63,225 nt of DNA, filler included, from Corallochytrium limacisporum Hawaii (GCA_002811645.1; 4 parts of 4 records of this genome joined end to end with filler, not necessarily neighbours in it), one strand, 5' to 3'. Shown: positions 32,333 to 43,219, counted from the first letter of the whole stretch. The notes: a model not told the origin generated them from the sequence alone. Made by a program: numbers and translations.

Positions 32333-33115
32333 ATGACAGATGCTAATGAATTGGACGACTTTCCCGTGGCATGCTCCTCATGTCTTGGTGACACTAAATA
32401 TCTGCGGATGCAGAAGGATCACAGGGCTAAACAGTGTGCCATGTGTAAGAGACCGTATACCGTGCACCGGTGGCGGGCGGGTGGCGCCCAGCGTGGTGCG
32501 CTCCGGTGTACAGAGATCTGCCGCACCTGTGCCAAGTTAAAGAATGCCTGTCAGGTTTGCTTGCGAGATCTGGTGTACGGACTATCCTTGACTGACAGAG
32601 ATCTAGCGCTTGGTCGCAAAGATCATGTGCCCAGCAGCGATGTTAATCGGGAATACTATGTCAACCGGATGGAACAAACCCTACAGCATGTTGCCAATGA
32701 AGTTGAGCACCGGGATGTAACCACAATTGCTTCCGACGAGAAGCTGAAGGAGATCGCTAAAACCGTTAAGGATATTGACGAGCGTCCAAAGCGCAAACGC
32801 GGTAATTCAGACGAAATAGAAGAGAGTTTTTCCAGAAAAGGTTCCGGGAAGAAGAAGAAGACCCTTGACCCACCGTCTGATCCAAAGATTACAACATTCT
32901 TCATTGGTAATTTACCAGACAACGTGACCGAACGGGACTTGAAAACAGCCTTCGAGCCGTATGGGCATCTACGCTACGTCAAAGTGATGACGAAGCAGCA
33001 CGCATGCTTGGTGAGCTATACATCACGTGAGGATGCAGAGCGAGCTGCCTCCGCTTTGGGACCCAAGCCGGACCTTGGTACCGGCCAAGGCAAGATGCTC
33101 TGGGCGAAGAAATAA
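32333..33115 (+). CDS. RBM22: Pre-mRNA splicing factor RBM22/Slt11(Ecm2)-like
   Basis: FPVACSSCLGD..YLRM, CAMCKRPYTVHRW, TEICRTCAKLKNACQVCLRDLVYGL, SDVNREYY, DPPSDPKITTFFIG, then an RRM. Confidence 0.88.
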   Translation: MTDANELDDFPVACSSCLGDTKYLRMQKDHRAKQCAMCKRPYTVHRWRAGGAQRGALRCTEICRTCAKLKNACQVCLRDLVYGLSLTDRDLALGRKDHVPSSDVNREYYVNRMEQTLQHVANEVEHRDVTTIASDEKLKEIAKTVKDIDERPKRKRGNSDEIEESFSRKGSGKKKKTLDPPSDPKITTFFIGNLPDNVTERDLKTAFEPYGHLRYVKVMTKQHACLVSYTSREDAERAASALGPKPDLGTGQGKMLWAKK

Positions 33116-33206
33116 AGGGATAAGTCAAATGTAGGTGATTTATTGTGTAAGAAAACAAAGAAGAATTTATTGTTACAATGTTATGCACACAAGTGGTGGG
33201 AGTCCT

Positions 33207-34124
33207 TTAGAGCTTGCTGCCAGCGGCTGGTCTTGCCTGTGGCAGGAGGTCACCAACGTGGTCATCCTCGATGAAAAAGTCCATGGACATTTCTGATCCT
33301 GGGACGTAGGCGTAGTGGTCCATATTCTTGATTCCAACCTGGTCCAGGATGGTATCATCCAGGTAGTACTTGCACTCGCCCTTGTTTGCACCCTGAGGTT
33401 GGGAGAGAATGAGATAGGCAGCGTCGCTCATGATCTCCACCTTACGCAGGCCGGGCATGCCCTTGTGTTCCTCCTCATTGCCGACGATCACATTAATGGC
33501 AGAAGTTGCAACGGCAACCCGGGGCCATAGACAGCTTACATTCAGGCCCTGTTCGGCGAACTCGGCCGCCATACCGGCAGCGTACATGGACATCAGGTAC
33601 TTAGCCCCGCTGTACGCAGCGTGGGGAGCGAACCACTTGGCCTTGAAGTCCAAGGGTGGGCTCAGATTGAGAATGGCACGCGCACCCTTGGACTGGAGCA
33701 GGTATGGCATGCAAATCTTGGAACAGAGGAAGGTGCCGCGTCCATTGACCTGGTGCATAAGATCGTACTTCTTCATTGACGTCTCCTCGGTGGGAGTCAG
33801 GGACAGGGCACTGGCGTTGTTGACCAGCACGTCAATACCTCCGAAGACAGCCACGGCCTGGTCGACTGCTTCCTTGACGCTGTCCTCATCCCGTACGTCC
33901 ACAATGACGGGCAGGGCCTTACCGCCCAACGCCTCAATCTCCTTGGCTGCATCGTAGATCGTGCCCGGCAGCTTTGGGTGAGGCTGTGCGGTTTTGGCGG
34001 CAATGATAACGTTGGCACCATCGGCGGCGCACTTAAGGGCAATTGCCTTACCAATACCACGGCTTGCGCCGGTGATGAAGACAGTTTGACCTTTCAAGGT
34101 TCCGTTGCAGGGAATCAAGGACAT
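33207..34124 (-). CDS. HSDL2: Hydroxysteroid dehydrogenase-like 2 SDR domain with PTS1, lacking SCP2
   Basis: FITGASRGIGKAIALK, AAKTAQPHPKLPGTIY, NNASA, ILNLSPPL, AYSGAKY; ends in SKL. Confidence 0.92.
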   Translation of the reverse strand: MSLIPCNGTLKGQTVFITGASRGIGKAIALKCAADGANVIIAAKTAQPHPKLPGTIYDAAKEIEALGGKALPVIVDVRDEDSVKEAVDQAVAVFGGIDVLVNNASALSLTPTEETSMKKYDLMHQVNGRGTFLCSKICMPYLLQSKGARAILNLSPPLDFKAKWFAPHAAYSGAKYLMSMYAAGMAAEFAEQGLNVSCLWPRVAVATSAINVIVGNEEEHKGMPGLRKVEIMSDAAYLILSQPQGANKGECKYYLDDTILDQVGIKNMDHYAYVPGSEMSMDFFIEDDHVGDLLPQARPAAGSKL

Positions 34125-35471
34125 GGTGTCTGTCTTTTGGGCTTTCTTTATCTACTCAGTCTGCTATTTGACATGACACTTTCACGGTTATGAACTCGTG
34201 TAGATGAGTGCCTCCAGTGTCCTTTTTACCTGACGCCCCTGACCTGCTACTATGAATGACAGAAGGCCACACCCCGCTGACGCTCCGGGTAGAAACACTA
34301 AGCTTCCGCCTGCGCTTTCTCCTATCCATGTGAATTGCAATTTCCTGTTCATGTGTGTGTATCCACCGCCGGATTCCAACATTCGCTGGTCCCATGTTGA
34401 ACCATCCTGGAGGTGTCTATGCACAATAGGACTACATTTTCGCAGAAAATGTTTGGGTACACAGATGCAAACTGGTGTACCTCTCGTGCTTACCTCGTCA
34501 AGCTCTTCAACTTTGTGAGGGTGTGCCGCACTCGATACTCATCACTTACTGTTGCCATTTTAACGTGTCACTATGATAGGTGCGCGCTCTGTCCAGCCAG
34601 TTATGATATGTAGGACTATTTGTACACTGGACACCGACTAGAACGACAAGAAGGAATGGCAGTGGGGATTGACTGGGAGATCTGTAGAGCAGATACAGAC
34701 CTTAAAACTGTTCGACCCCTGCCCGTGTGTGGATGGTGGGTGGCGTTCTATTCTTAGCGCAGGTGACAGGCAACGACACGGACCGATTCTGAAAATACCT
34801 ACGCGCCCCTTCCCTGGTCCTGCGAAATATAAACGGTCAGTTATAAATGGACCGCTAGTTTTTGATTCGCCAATATATTTTGATGATCATAACTGGAGAA
34901 GGGGCCTGTCTTTGAGCGGAAATGAAGAAAAGGGAGTGTCCCCCGGAGGTGTATCCTTTTATCGGGCCGGGTATCCCTTGGCCGGCCCCCCCCCCCCGCC
35001 TGGGGGTTCCACTTCTCACGTTGGGACGGGGGCCTATTTTGATTGTCTAGGTCCTGAAGGAGAAGAAACAAAAGAAGGAAGGGGAGAGAGCGAGATGCTT
35101 ACGCACATTGTTGTTGAATTTTCGTCGGGACGGAGAAGGTGAGGAGATGGGTATCTCTTCCGTCTCTGCTTTAGACGAAACAGGCAGCAGCAACAAGCCT
35201 AAGGAAACAAAAAAAAACAACTCGGAAATTTTCAAGGGGCGGCTCGCAGTTTTTTCATCCTGGCTAGATTGGGAACTTTTTGGTTGGGGATGCCACCCAA
35301 CTCAAGGGGATCGTAGTAGAAATGTAATCACTCACTGGGCACCGCGGATGGGTAGTGGCCAATGGGCCATTAATGCCATGCTGGTACTTTACAGGTTTGG
35401 GCTCTGTGCAACCCATGGCTGCGAACGACAGAACCACATAATCCACGGCTTTGATTCGTGTAAGTAGCAGA

Positions 35472-35927
35472 ATGAATCTGCGTTTTGTCGCACTTGTTGT
35501 TGCCATTTTCACCTTCCTCACTTTCGCAATGGGCAACGAAACCGGACCTATCATTGACCGTGAAGTCAAGGAACTGGAGATTGAGGTTCTGACTCCTCCT
35601 CCCGCTGATTGTGCCCGCAAGGTCCAGAACGGCGACACCGTGAAGGTCCACTACACCGGTTGGCTCGCAAGCAACGGCAAGAAGTTCGACTCCAGCAAGG
35701 ATCGCAACAAACCTTTCGAGTTCCCTGTGGGTAAGAAATATGTCATTTCCGGATGGGAGAAGGGCGTCCTTGATATGTGTCCCGGCGAGGCTCGCCAGCT
35801 GATCATTCCACCTGAGGATGGCTACGGTGCCCGCGGTGCCGGTGGTGTGATCCCTCCGAACGCCACGCTCGTGTTCAACGTCGAACTCCTCGAGATCGTC
35901 GGAGGTGGCAAGACTGACGAGCTGTAA
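35472..35927 (+). CDS. FKBP2: ER FK506-binding peptidyl-prolyl isomerase
   Basis: Signal peptide, [35 protein letters not shown]; C-terminal TDEL. Confidence 0.93.
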   Translation: MNLRFVALVVAIFTFLTFAMGNETGPIIDREVKELEIEVLTPPPADCARKVQNGDTVKVHYTGWLASNGKKFDSSKDRNKPFEFPVGKKYVISGWEKGVLDMCPGEARQLIIPPEDGYGARGAGGVIPPNATLVFNVELLEIVGGGKTDEL

Positions 35928-36130
35928 ATTCCAATTTATTCATGCAATACACTATAACCTACAACATGCAAGTTTACGACTCAATTTGTTCCAGAGCGAT
36001 GGCCCAGAGATGACCCAAACAAAGGCCGTGCTCACCCGATTCACAGAGACGACTGACGTGTGGCCAGAAGCAGCTTTGGGTTACTTGGAATCAAACCGCC
36101 CTCCCGTCCCGAAACAAGTGCGGTCGGGAA

Positions 36131-36142
36131 AAATAGACTCCC
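36131..36142 (-). promoter_or_regulatory. Recurrent intergenic motif GGGAGTCTATTT (reverse orientation)
   Basis: aaatagactccc about 300 nt upstream of the golgin ATG. Confidence 0.55.
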
Positions 36143-36441
36143 GCTCCAAACCCTTCCAGTTGGGCAGTTGGTCTCCGCGTCCAAACCGTCGGCGGGAAAG
36201 AGCGAATGGGGGGAGCGGGGACCTAAATAACCCACAGCGCAGCGCACAGTGTTCGGAACCCAAAGTTATTGGCCACTGAGACTCTCTGCGAATTGTTTGC
36301 CTATTTCAGACGGGGTGGTAACATCACAAGTTGTTTGTGTCCTTCCAATTTTTCACGTGTATGTCACGCGTGATAATCAGATTTAAGGATCATACCGAAC
36401 CATGTACAACTAGACGGAGCAACGAAGTCCGTACGATAGCC

Positions 36442-39400
36442 ATGTGGAACACACTGAACGATCTGGGCAAAATGGCCTCTGACCAGATGAATAAACTGGA
36501 CCAAGCCATGGCTAGTGATGTTACTGAGAAAGGTACAGCACAGATTGAAAAATCCGACCCGAACGAAGGCTTCCGTTTCCAAAGGGAACAGGAACTTGAG
36601 TCGCAAGTCCAGGAACTGACTGGAGAAAAGGCATCATTGAGCAACCAGGTCAGGGACTTGGACTCAAAGGTACTCGACCTTGAGAAACGGCTTAAGACCG
36701 TTAGTGGATCTTCACCAATGCGACCAACAAATGGTCTTTCCGCTGGTGGTGGAGATCCCCAGATGCATCAGCGTATTGAGGAACTGGAGTCTCAATTGGC
36801 GGAAAAAGACCAGAAGTTTGCTGAGTTGGAGAGCACAGCCAAGGAAAAATTCAACAAACTGCGACTGCAGGCGAAGGCAAAAGTCACTGCCCTGGAGAGA
36901 CAGCTCCAGGAAGCCAAATCAAATGCTGCCGGCGGAGAAGCCGCTGTTACAGCACCGGCTCCTGTCGTGGAAGGACCATCGGAAGGAGAATTAAAGGTCC
37001 TCGAAGAGACGATTCAGCGGCTGATGGAGCGCATCGAAGTCCTCCAGCAGCAGCTAATGGAAGCTCAGGACAGTGCGGCTCCTGCTGCTGCCGCCGCCGA
37101 TACTAGCGCTGAGATCCAGAAATTGTCGGCAAAAATGAAGGACATTGAAGCGGAACGAGATCACTACAAGGAGACTTACGCACAATTACATGCCACCCTG
37201 ACAGAAAAACTGGAGGTAGCCGCCGAAAAGGAAGCTGATCTGCGCCGTCAAATGGAGCTGGCACTTCATGGACAAAGTGACGAGCGGGAAGCCTTGGTCT
37301 TAAAGGTGCGGGAGCTTGAGAGCGCTTTGCTAGAGAAGAGCGAGGAGGCAGCCTTGGGAGGATACAAAGAAGAATCAGCTAATGCAGGGGCTGACAGCGG
37401 AGAAGATCCAACGGTCCTGAAGGAACAGATAGAGGAATTGGAAAGAAGTCTTCTGGAACTGAAAGATCTGAATCAGCAGCAAGCCGAGCAACTGAATAGT
37501 CGTCTCGGCCATGAGAATGATATTGAACAACTCAAGGACGACATGCAGGACCTGAGGGATGCTAATTCGCGGCTTGAGAAGCAGTTGAAAGAAGCACAGG
37601 AGGCTAAGACTGGAACAGAGCTCAACGTACAAGAATCCACTGAAGAGATAATGAAGCTCACAAATGAGATTGCCGCGCGTGATGCTACAGTGGCACAGCT
37701 GCAACACCAGCTAGCTCAGGGTGCCGGAGAAATTGAAGAGGTCAAAAAAGCTGGCATCGACGCGGCCCGAGGCGATGTGGAACGTCTGCAGCGTGAATTT
37801 GCGGAGCGAGAAGACGAGTACAGAACACAAATTGAAGGCATGACGCAAGAAATGGGTGTACTGCGTCAGACGGTCGAAACGGTTCAGAACGATTATACAG
37901 ACTCCGAACTTCGCATCCAGCAGGCCCTGGATGCACAGCGTCATGCCGAAAATGAGCTAGTGACCAAGGATGAGGAAATGATGGAAATGCAAAGTAGAAA
38001 CGCGAACCTGCAGAACCAAGTAGAACATGGCAACAGTGACATGAATGCCCGGATCATGGACCTAGAGGCTACACTGGAAGCCAAGGATCAGCAATTACAG
38101 GAAGCCCAAAAGTCCCAAGGAATGGCAGGAGAACTAGAGCAGATGCAACAACAGCACGAAATGGCCCTGGACGACTTACAGAATCAGATACTTGAAATGA
38201 AACAGGAACACAAGGAAGCTCTTGAGACCGCCCAAAGGGAGGTCGAAAGTTTGCGCACGGATCTGGGGGCCGCTGAGACTGCGGCCGCGGCTGCTGCCAC
38301 TGCTGCCGCGGCTGGAGCGCTAGCTACTGCAGGAGTTTCGTCCGTGTCCGTTGATTCCACTACCCCGAGCGAAGCAGCTGTGACTAGTGGCAGGGAGGTT
38401 GAAGACCTTAAGCAAAAGCTCAAGGTTTCTGAAGGCAGATTCGCCAAGCTGAAGATGCAGGCAAAGACAAAGATCAACGGGCTCGAGGAGAAGGTAAAAC
38501 AGCTGGAAGCAGGCTCTGCGGCCTCTGGTGTTGCTCTTGCGGGAGCTGGCCCAGCGGAGACGGAAGAGGTGGACAACCTCCGGACGGAGCTGCAGAGGGC
38601 AGAGACTATGCATGGGCAGCTGCAACAGAGACTGCATGAGGAGGAAACACTCCGCTCGCATATGGAGCAGCGCTTGCAAGACATGATGTCTGATCAGCAG
38701 GAAAGAGTGGATCCCTCTGAGCATGCCGCTCTGAAGGTGCGCTGTGATGAATTAGCCGCCAAACTGGATCGATTGCAATCGCTGCGCAACTCTGGGTCCG
38801 TGGCCAAGATCAACGAGCTGCAGGAGCGCATGAGTACAGAATTTGAAGGCCTCAAGGCTTCGCGCGCCCGGGTCCAGGATATGGCTATGAAACTCCAGTC
38901 GTTGGTACAGTCTGCTGCGGAAGGATCTCAGAATGTTGCAGCCGCAAGGGGCCTCCTGTCCACATTGGCAGAAGAACAGCAGCGATTGGGGGGCGAGCGT
39001 GACGACACTGAGGAGTACGCCGCCCTGGAGTCCACGTTAGGCGCCCTGCGCGCTTCCGTAGACAACATGACCAGGCGCCAGGCGGGCCAGGCCAGCGCTG
39101 ACGAGGAACTGAACCGGGTCATGCAGGAGCACACGAACATGACCGCACAATTGCAACAGCGTGACGAAGAGCTGACCGTACTGCAGCAGGCCTATGAGCA
39201 GACCCAGTCGCAATTATCTGCGCTGGGCTCGGATGCGGAAGCACAGTCAGAAAGACTGCAGCAACGGATAAAGCAACTCGAGGAGGACCTTGCTTGGACC
39301 CAACAGCAGGCAGATCGCGACGCAGAAAAGCTGCGGACAGAGCAGGAGGCAGCTATTCAGGACAATGAACGCTTGCACCAGGAAGTTGAGGACCTCCAGG

Positions 39401-40287
39401 AGCAGCTCTTGGCTCGTGAAGAAGAAGCCAGTGAACAGCACCCACAGGAAACTGCCGAACAAACGGCTGCCATGCACTCCCTGCAGTCCACCAATGCTCA
39501 GCTTACTGAACAGGTAAATGCTCTGATTAACGAAAAGGATCAGTTGTCTAGTCAGATGGACGGCTTACATCAGCAGCTGCATGAGGCTCAGCAACAGGCA
39601 GCTCAGTCTCCGGTTGCTGCCGCTGCTGGAGCAGCCATGCCGTTTGACGTGACTACCCTTACGCAACAACTCGGCATCCAAAGCGATGCAGACATCCAAC
39701 GCGTCTTGGGTGACCTGCAGCAGAAAGACACGCATATCAAAGACCTTCAGCAACAGATAGGTCGTTTGGAGCAACAGCAAGTCTCCTCCACGCAGCAGAC
39801 GAACCTTCAGAGCACCACGAACCGCCAAGAGGAACAGCGCCTGCATTCCCAAATCGAAGCCCTTAGCGACGAAGTGCGTCGATTGCGTTCCGCTGCTGAC
39901 GAGGATGAGCAGGAACTGACCATGGATACCTTCAAGGACCACTTGAAACCACTGCAGAGCCTTGGCTGGGAACTGACCACCCGCACTGGCCTGGACAAGG
40001 CAATCAAGAGCGCACAGGGCGGCACGACGATGGAAGATATCGAAGCTGGCGGCCAGTCATCGTCCGAGAGCGCGCGTATGCTCCCGGGTGCCGGTGCAGG
40101 AACCAATACCGGACCGTCCGGAGGTGCCCTCCAGGATAAGCTCGAGGAGAGCGGTCGTGCTCTGAAGCGACTCTTCACGCTAGTCACCGGCAAGGGCCTG
40201 ACTGTCCTGAAGCGTAGTCCATACTACCGCTTCCTCGCCGTCACTTACGTCGTGCTCTTGCATGTTGTGTTAATTCTCATGTTATAG
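36442..40287 (+). CDS. Tail-anchored coiled-coil golgin (golgin-84/giantin-like)
   Basis: About 1280 aa of coiled coil; C-terminal TM YVVLLH matches the YxxxxH of golgin-84/CASP/giantin; ATG at 36442. Confidence 0.75.
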   Translation: MWNTLNDLGKMASDQMNKLDQAMASDVTEKGTAQIEKSDPNEGFRFQREQELESQVQELTGEKASLSNQVRDLDSKVLDLEKRLKTVSGSSPMRPTNGLSAGGGDPQMHQRIEELESQLAEKDQKFAELESTAKEKFNKLRLQAKAKVTALERQLQEAKSNAAGGEAAVTAPAPVVEGPSEGELKVLEETIQRLMERIEVLQQQLMEAQDSAAPAAAAADTSAEIQKLSAKMKDIEAERDHYKETYAQLHATLTEKLEVAAEKEADLRRQMELALHGQSDEREALVLKVRELESALLEKSEEAALGGYKEESANAGADSGEDPTVLKEQIEELERSLLELKDLNQQQAEQLNSRLGHENDIEQLKDDMQDLRDANSRLEKQLKEAQEAKTGTELNVQESTEEIMKLTNEIAARDATVAQLQHQLAQGAGEIEEVKKAGIDAARGDVERLQREFAEREDEYRTQIEGMTQEMGVLRQTVETVQNDYTDSELRIQQALDAQRHAENELVTKDEEMMEMQSRNANLQNQVEHGNSDMNARIMDLEATLEAKDQQLQEAQKSQGMAGELEQMQQQHEMALDDLQNQILEMKQEHKEALETAQREVESLRTDLGAAETAAAAAATAAAAGALATAGVSSVSVDSTTPSEAAVTSGREVEDLKQKLKVSEGRFAKLKMQAKTKINGLEEKVKQLEAGSAASGVALAGAGPAETEEVDNLRTELQRAETMHGQLQQRLHEEETLRSHMEQRLQDMMSDQQERVDPSEHAALKVRCDELAAKLDRLQSLRNSGSVAKINELQERMSTEFEGLKASRARVQDMAMKLQSLVQSAAEGSQNVAAARGLLSTLAEEQQRLGGERDDTEEYAALESTLGALRASVDNMTRRQAGQASADEELNRVMQEHTNMTAQLQQRDEELTVLQQAYEQTQSQLSALGSDAEAQSERLQQRIKQLEEDLAWTQQQADRDAEKLRTEQEAAIQDNERLHQEVEDLQEQLLAREEEASEQHPQETAEQTAAMHSLQSTNAQLTEQVNALINEKDQLSSQMDGLHQQLHEAQQQAAQSPVAAAAGAAMPFDVTTLTQQLGIQSDADIQRVLGDLQQKDTHIKDLQQQIGRLEQQQVSSTQQTNLQSTTNRQEEQRLHSQIEALSDEVRRLRSAADEDEQELTMDTFKDHLKPLQSLGWELTTRTGLDKAIKSAQGGTTMEDIEAGGQSSSESARMLPGAGAGTNTGPSGGALQDKLEESGRALKRLFTLVTGKGLTVLKRSPYYRFLAVTYVVLLHVVLILML

Positions 40288-40471
40288 AAAGCCTCGGCCT
40301 CCGACTGCTGTTCTGCAGTATTTGCCAAAGTCACAGTACTTCCATGGGACAGTTTTCAAAAAGTTTGGCACCATAAAATGTTTAATTAATGTGCTCGTTT
40401 ACTGTATAATCAACCAAACATATGCAATTTGACAAACGTTACTATGAATACAGACATCCGATGTCCGCAGC

Positions 40472-43219
40472 TCACACCCCCACGCTGGCAAGTGAACGTA
40501 CACAAGTACCATCCTCACGCACCTTCCGCAGGTAGTTGATAGTATGCTGGTAGTATGTGTTGACGGTGCTGTACAGTTCATCGCTCGCATCCAGGCTCGA
40601 CTTGTTGGTGTTGATGAGGTCGACAAGGTTGCAAATGTCCTTCTCGTAAATAGCATCATTGCCATCCATGTAGTAGTACAGATACTCGTTAAGAATCTCA
40701 ACATACAGGAGGACCTCGGTGCCCGCATCCACTGTCGTGTTGGCAATCTTCAGGCAGCGCTGCAAACACTCCAGTACGCGCTTCGAGTTGTGGCGGTAGC
40801 CAATTTCATACTCTGTCGCACTGGCATCCACGGTGGCCGGCTCTTCCGGTACTTCCTGCTCGTCGTCACCACCCTCCTTCTTCTCCTCGTCTCCGTTCTG
40901 CTCAGACTCGTCGGCCGTGACGTCGTCTTGCTCGTCCTTTGCTGGTGGTGTAGATCCAGCCTTCGGCACTAACTTCTGTCCCGACCAAAACACGTGGCTC
41001 ACAAGAGCAATAGAACGGCACTGGTCCGGTTTCTTCAGCAGCTTCGCGGCGTACAGCGCGAGTTTACCGGCGAGGGTGCTAAAATCCTCTTCCGTGAAGC
41101 ACGTCATGCGAATTAGCGTTTGTCCCGCACACTTGATGGCAGCCATCTGTGTCTTGGAATCACTAATTTCCTCCTCGTAGACAGTCAGGGCCTGGGTGAA
41201 GAAATCATACGCCGCTTCTTTGAAGATTTCGCCGTTGGCAACCAGAGCAACCTGCAAAAACATGCGCAGCGACGCAAAGCCGGGGTCAGCCTTCAGCACA
41301 GCCTTGGCAATACGATTACAAAACTGCAGAATCTTTTGACACTTCCGTTGCCAATTTTCGTCCTCGGCTGCTGAATCCATGTACACTTTGACCAGCTGAG
41401 TGCCCTTGAAGATAAGCGGCGGCATGGTATACTTGATGCGCTTTGGTCCCCCCTCCATAAGTGTCTTGCGTACCGTTTCGAGGATCAAAAACTGGTGATC
41501 CGCAACATCGTTAGTAAACAAGTGAATAAGTTTGGCCAGCACAATCTGTCCTTCCGCTAGATCCTCTTCATCGCTCTGGTGGTCCACGCCACTTGAACCA
41601 TCATCCTGCTCTGTGACCAGGGTCCTCACAAGATCGAGCATGGACACAACATCCTCCGTCTCGCTGATGGGAGAATCCATACCCAGAGCCATGTTGGCCG
41701 CGTAGATGGCAAACGCTCGACGCGAGTGGTAGCTGAGAATGTGAACAAAGTCCGCATAGTGCTTCAAGTGCAGCGTGTCCTGAATCGTCGGGTAGTCTTC
41801 CAGAGGTAACTTGAGCATTTTGAGAATCTCCCGCTCCGTAGCGGCGTCGAGAGATCCAGTCGGCACGGCCTTGGTCAGTTCTGGTGCCGGTACTGTGCCC
41901 TCCTCACCTTCTGGCACCTCTGCTGCCCTCGTAGACGCAGATGCCCGGTGTGCAAGGGCTTCGCTACAATTTCCTAGTACAGACTCCAAAAAGTCTCGAC
42001 GGTCAACGTAGCATTTGAGCACCAGATTCGCCAGAGCGCCGTACAGACTAACAATATCAGCAGATGTGATTTCCGGCCGGTGCTTGATTACCTGCGTGAC
42101 TTCCGCGCTGAAGATGCCGAACAGATCCCCGCCTACGCCACTGTCAGTGCCTCCGTTGGCGGTTGCTTTCTTATCAATGTCTTCGTCCAGTAGGGCTTCA
42201 TCAGCGTCACCATTTAGTGCCGCCTTTGATTCTGATTGTCTGTTGGGCAGGATACCGTTGGTTGTCTTTACATATTCCGCCAAGCGATTGATCATGCCAA
42301 TGATGATACCCTTGACGTTCACTGATTCCTTCAACTGACCACAGGCACTGAGGAATTGACGAAGAGTGGCCAAATGCATTTCATCCGCAAACACCTGAGT
42401 GATACACTCCATGAGGTACTCCTGCGCAATCGGCTCCTTGCACTTAATGACCTGCTGCAGAATGTTTGGGAGGACCTGCTCAGCGTACATGTCGACATTG
42501 AGACCTTCCAGGTTGGCCAATCGCTCGAGATTGGTGCCCACCAATAGACGTAGTTCCTTGCGTTCTTGTTCACGCTTCTTACGCAGCTTGGAGTGTCCCT
42601 GGTGCTGCATGCGTACCCAAAGCTTATTCATTTCCCCAAAATTAATCAGGATGTAGTCGGCACTCTCCTCGAGACCGATGTGCAGTTTTCCATCATCTTC
42701 CTCGCCGTCGTAGAGGAGATTCTTTGTGTTCTGCAGCAGGTAATTGCGCAGGAATAGACCGCGCAGAGGGTGCTGCACCCCACGACACATTTCTACCAGA
42801 TCCTGGAGCATGGTGCGCTTTGGAGCAACACCTGCCTTCATGTACGCAACTCCAACCGTCACGAGCATGTACAGGCGAGGAACAAGATAGCCAGCGTATT
42901 GGACCAACTCGTACAGATCTCCAATCTTACTATTTCGCTGAATCTCGTCGGTCAGAAACATCTGCAGCTGGCTCAGCTCATCGTTGACGCTCATGTACAG
43001 TTCGTAGTACAGTTTGGGAGGCAACTGTGCAGTTCTCAGCTCGCCAAGCATTGTGCTGCAGTGTTTGAGGGCCTCCATGATGTCGCTCTTGTCCAGACAC
43101 ATCTTCATCTGAAATGCTTCCCGCTTGACCCGCTTCATGGCCTCATCCAACAGCTTTTCCGGCTGTGGATCTAAACCCGCGGGCCGAGGCACCGGAATGC
43201 CACCACCAGTGTTGGACAT
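40472..43219 (-). CDS. VPS35: Retromer subunit Vps35
   Basis: PKLYYELY, LYELVQYAG.LVPRLY, RGVQHPLRGLFLRNYL, EMNKLWVRMQHQG, KLLKKPDQCR. Confidence 0.97.
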   Translation of the reverse strand: MSNTGGGIPVPRPAGLDPQPEKLLDEAMKRVKREAFQMKMCLDKSDIMEALKHCSTMLGELRTAQLPPKLYYELYMSVNDELSQLQMFLTDEIQRNSKIGDLYELVQYAGYLVPRLYMLVTVGVAYMKAGVAPKRTMLQDLVEMCRGVQHPLRGLFLRNYLLQNTKNLLYDGEEDDGKLHIGLEESADYILINFGEMNKLWVRMQHQGHSKLRKKREQERKELRLLVGTNLERLANLEGLNVDMYAEQVLPNILQQVIKCKEPIAQEYLMECITQVFADEMHLATLRQFLSACGQLKESVNVKGIIIGMINRLAEYVKTTNGILPNRQSESKAALNGDADEALLDEDIDKKATANGGTDSGVGGDLFGIFSAEVTQVIKHRPEITSADIVSLYGALANLVLKCYVDRRDFLESVLGNCSEALAHRASASTRAAEVPEGEEGTVPAPELTKAVPTGSLDAATEREILKMLKLPLEDYPTIQDTLHLKHYADFVHILSYHSRRAFAIYAANMALGMDSPISETEDVVSMLDLVRTLVTEQDDGSSGVDHQSDEEDLAEGQIVLAKLIHLFTNDVADHQFLILETVRKTLMEGGPKRIKYTMPPLIFKGTQLVKVYMDSAAEDENWQRKCQKILQFCNRIAKAVLKADPGFASLRMFLQVALVANGEIFKEAAYDFFTQALTVYEEEISDSKTQMAAIKCAGQTLIRMTCFTEEDFSTLAGKLALYAAKLLKKPDQCRSIALVSHVFWSGQKLVPKAGSTPPAKDEQDDVTADESEQNGDEEKKEGGDDEQEVPEEPATVDASATEYEIGYRHNSKRVLECLQRCLKIANTTVDAGTEVLLYVEILNEYLYYYMDGNDAIYEKDICNLVDLINTNKSSLDASDELYSTVNTYYQHTINYLRKVREDGTCVRSLASVGV

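Noticed and set aside
3986-43219. Apparent cluster of Golgi/secretory genes (GRASP, SLC35A, FKBP2, golgin, VPS35)
   Set aside because: Interspersed with unrelated housekeeping genes and split by an artificial join; plausible by chance.
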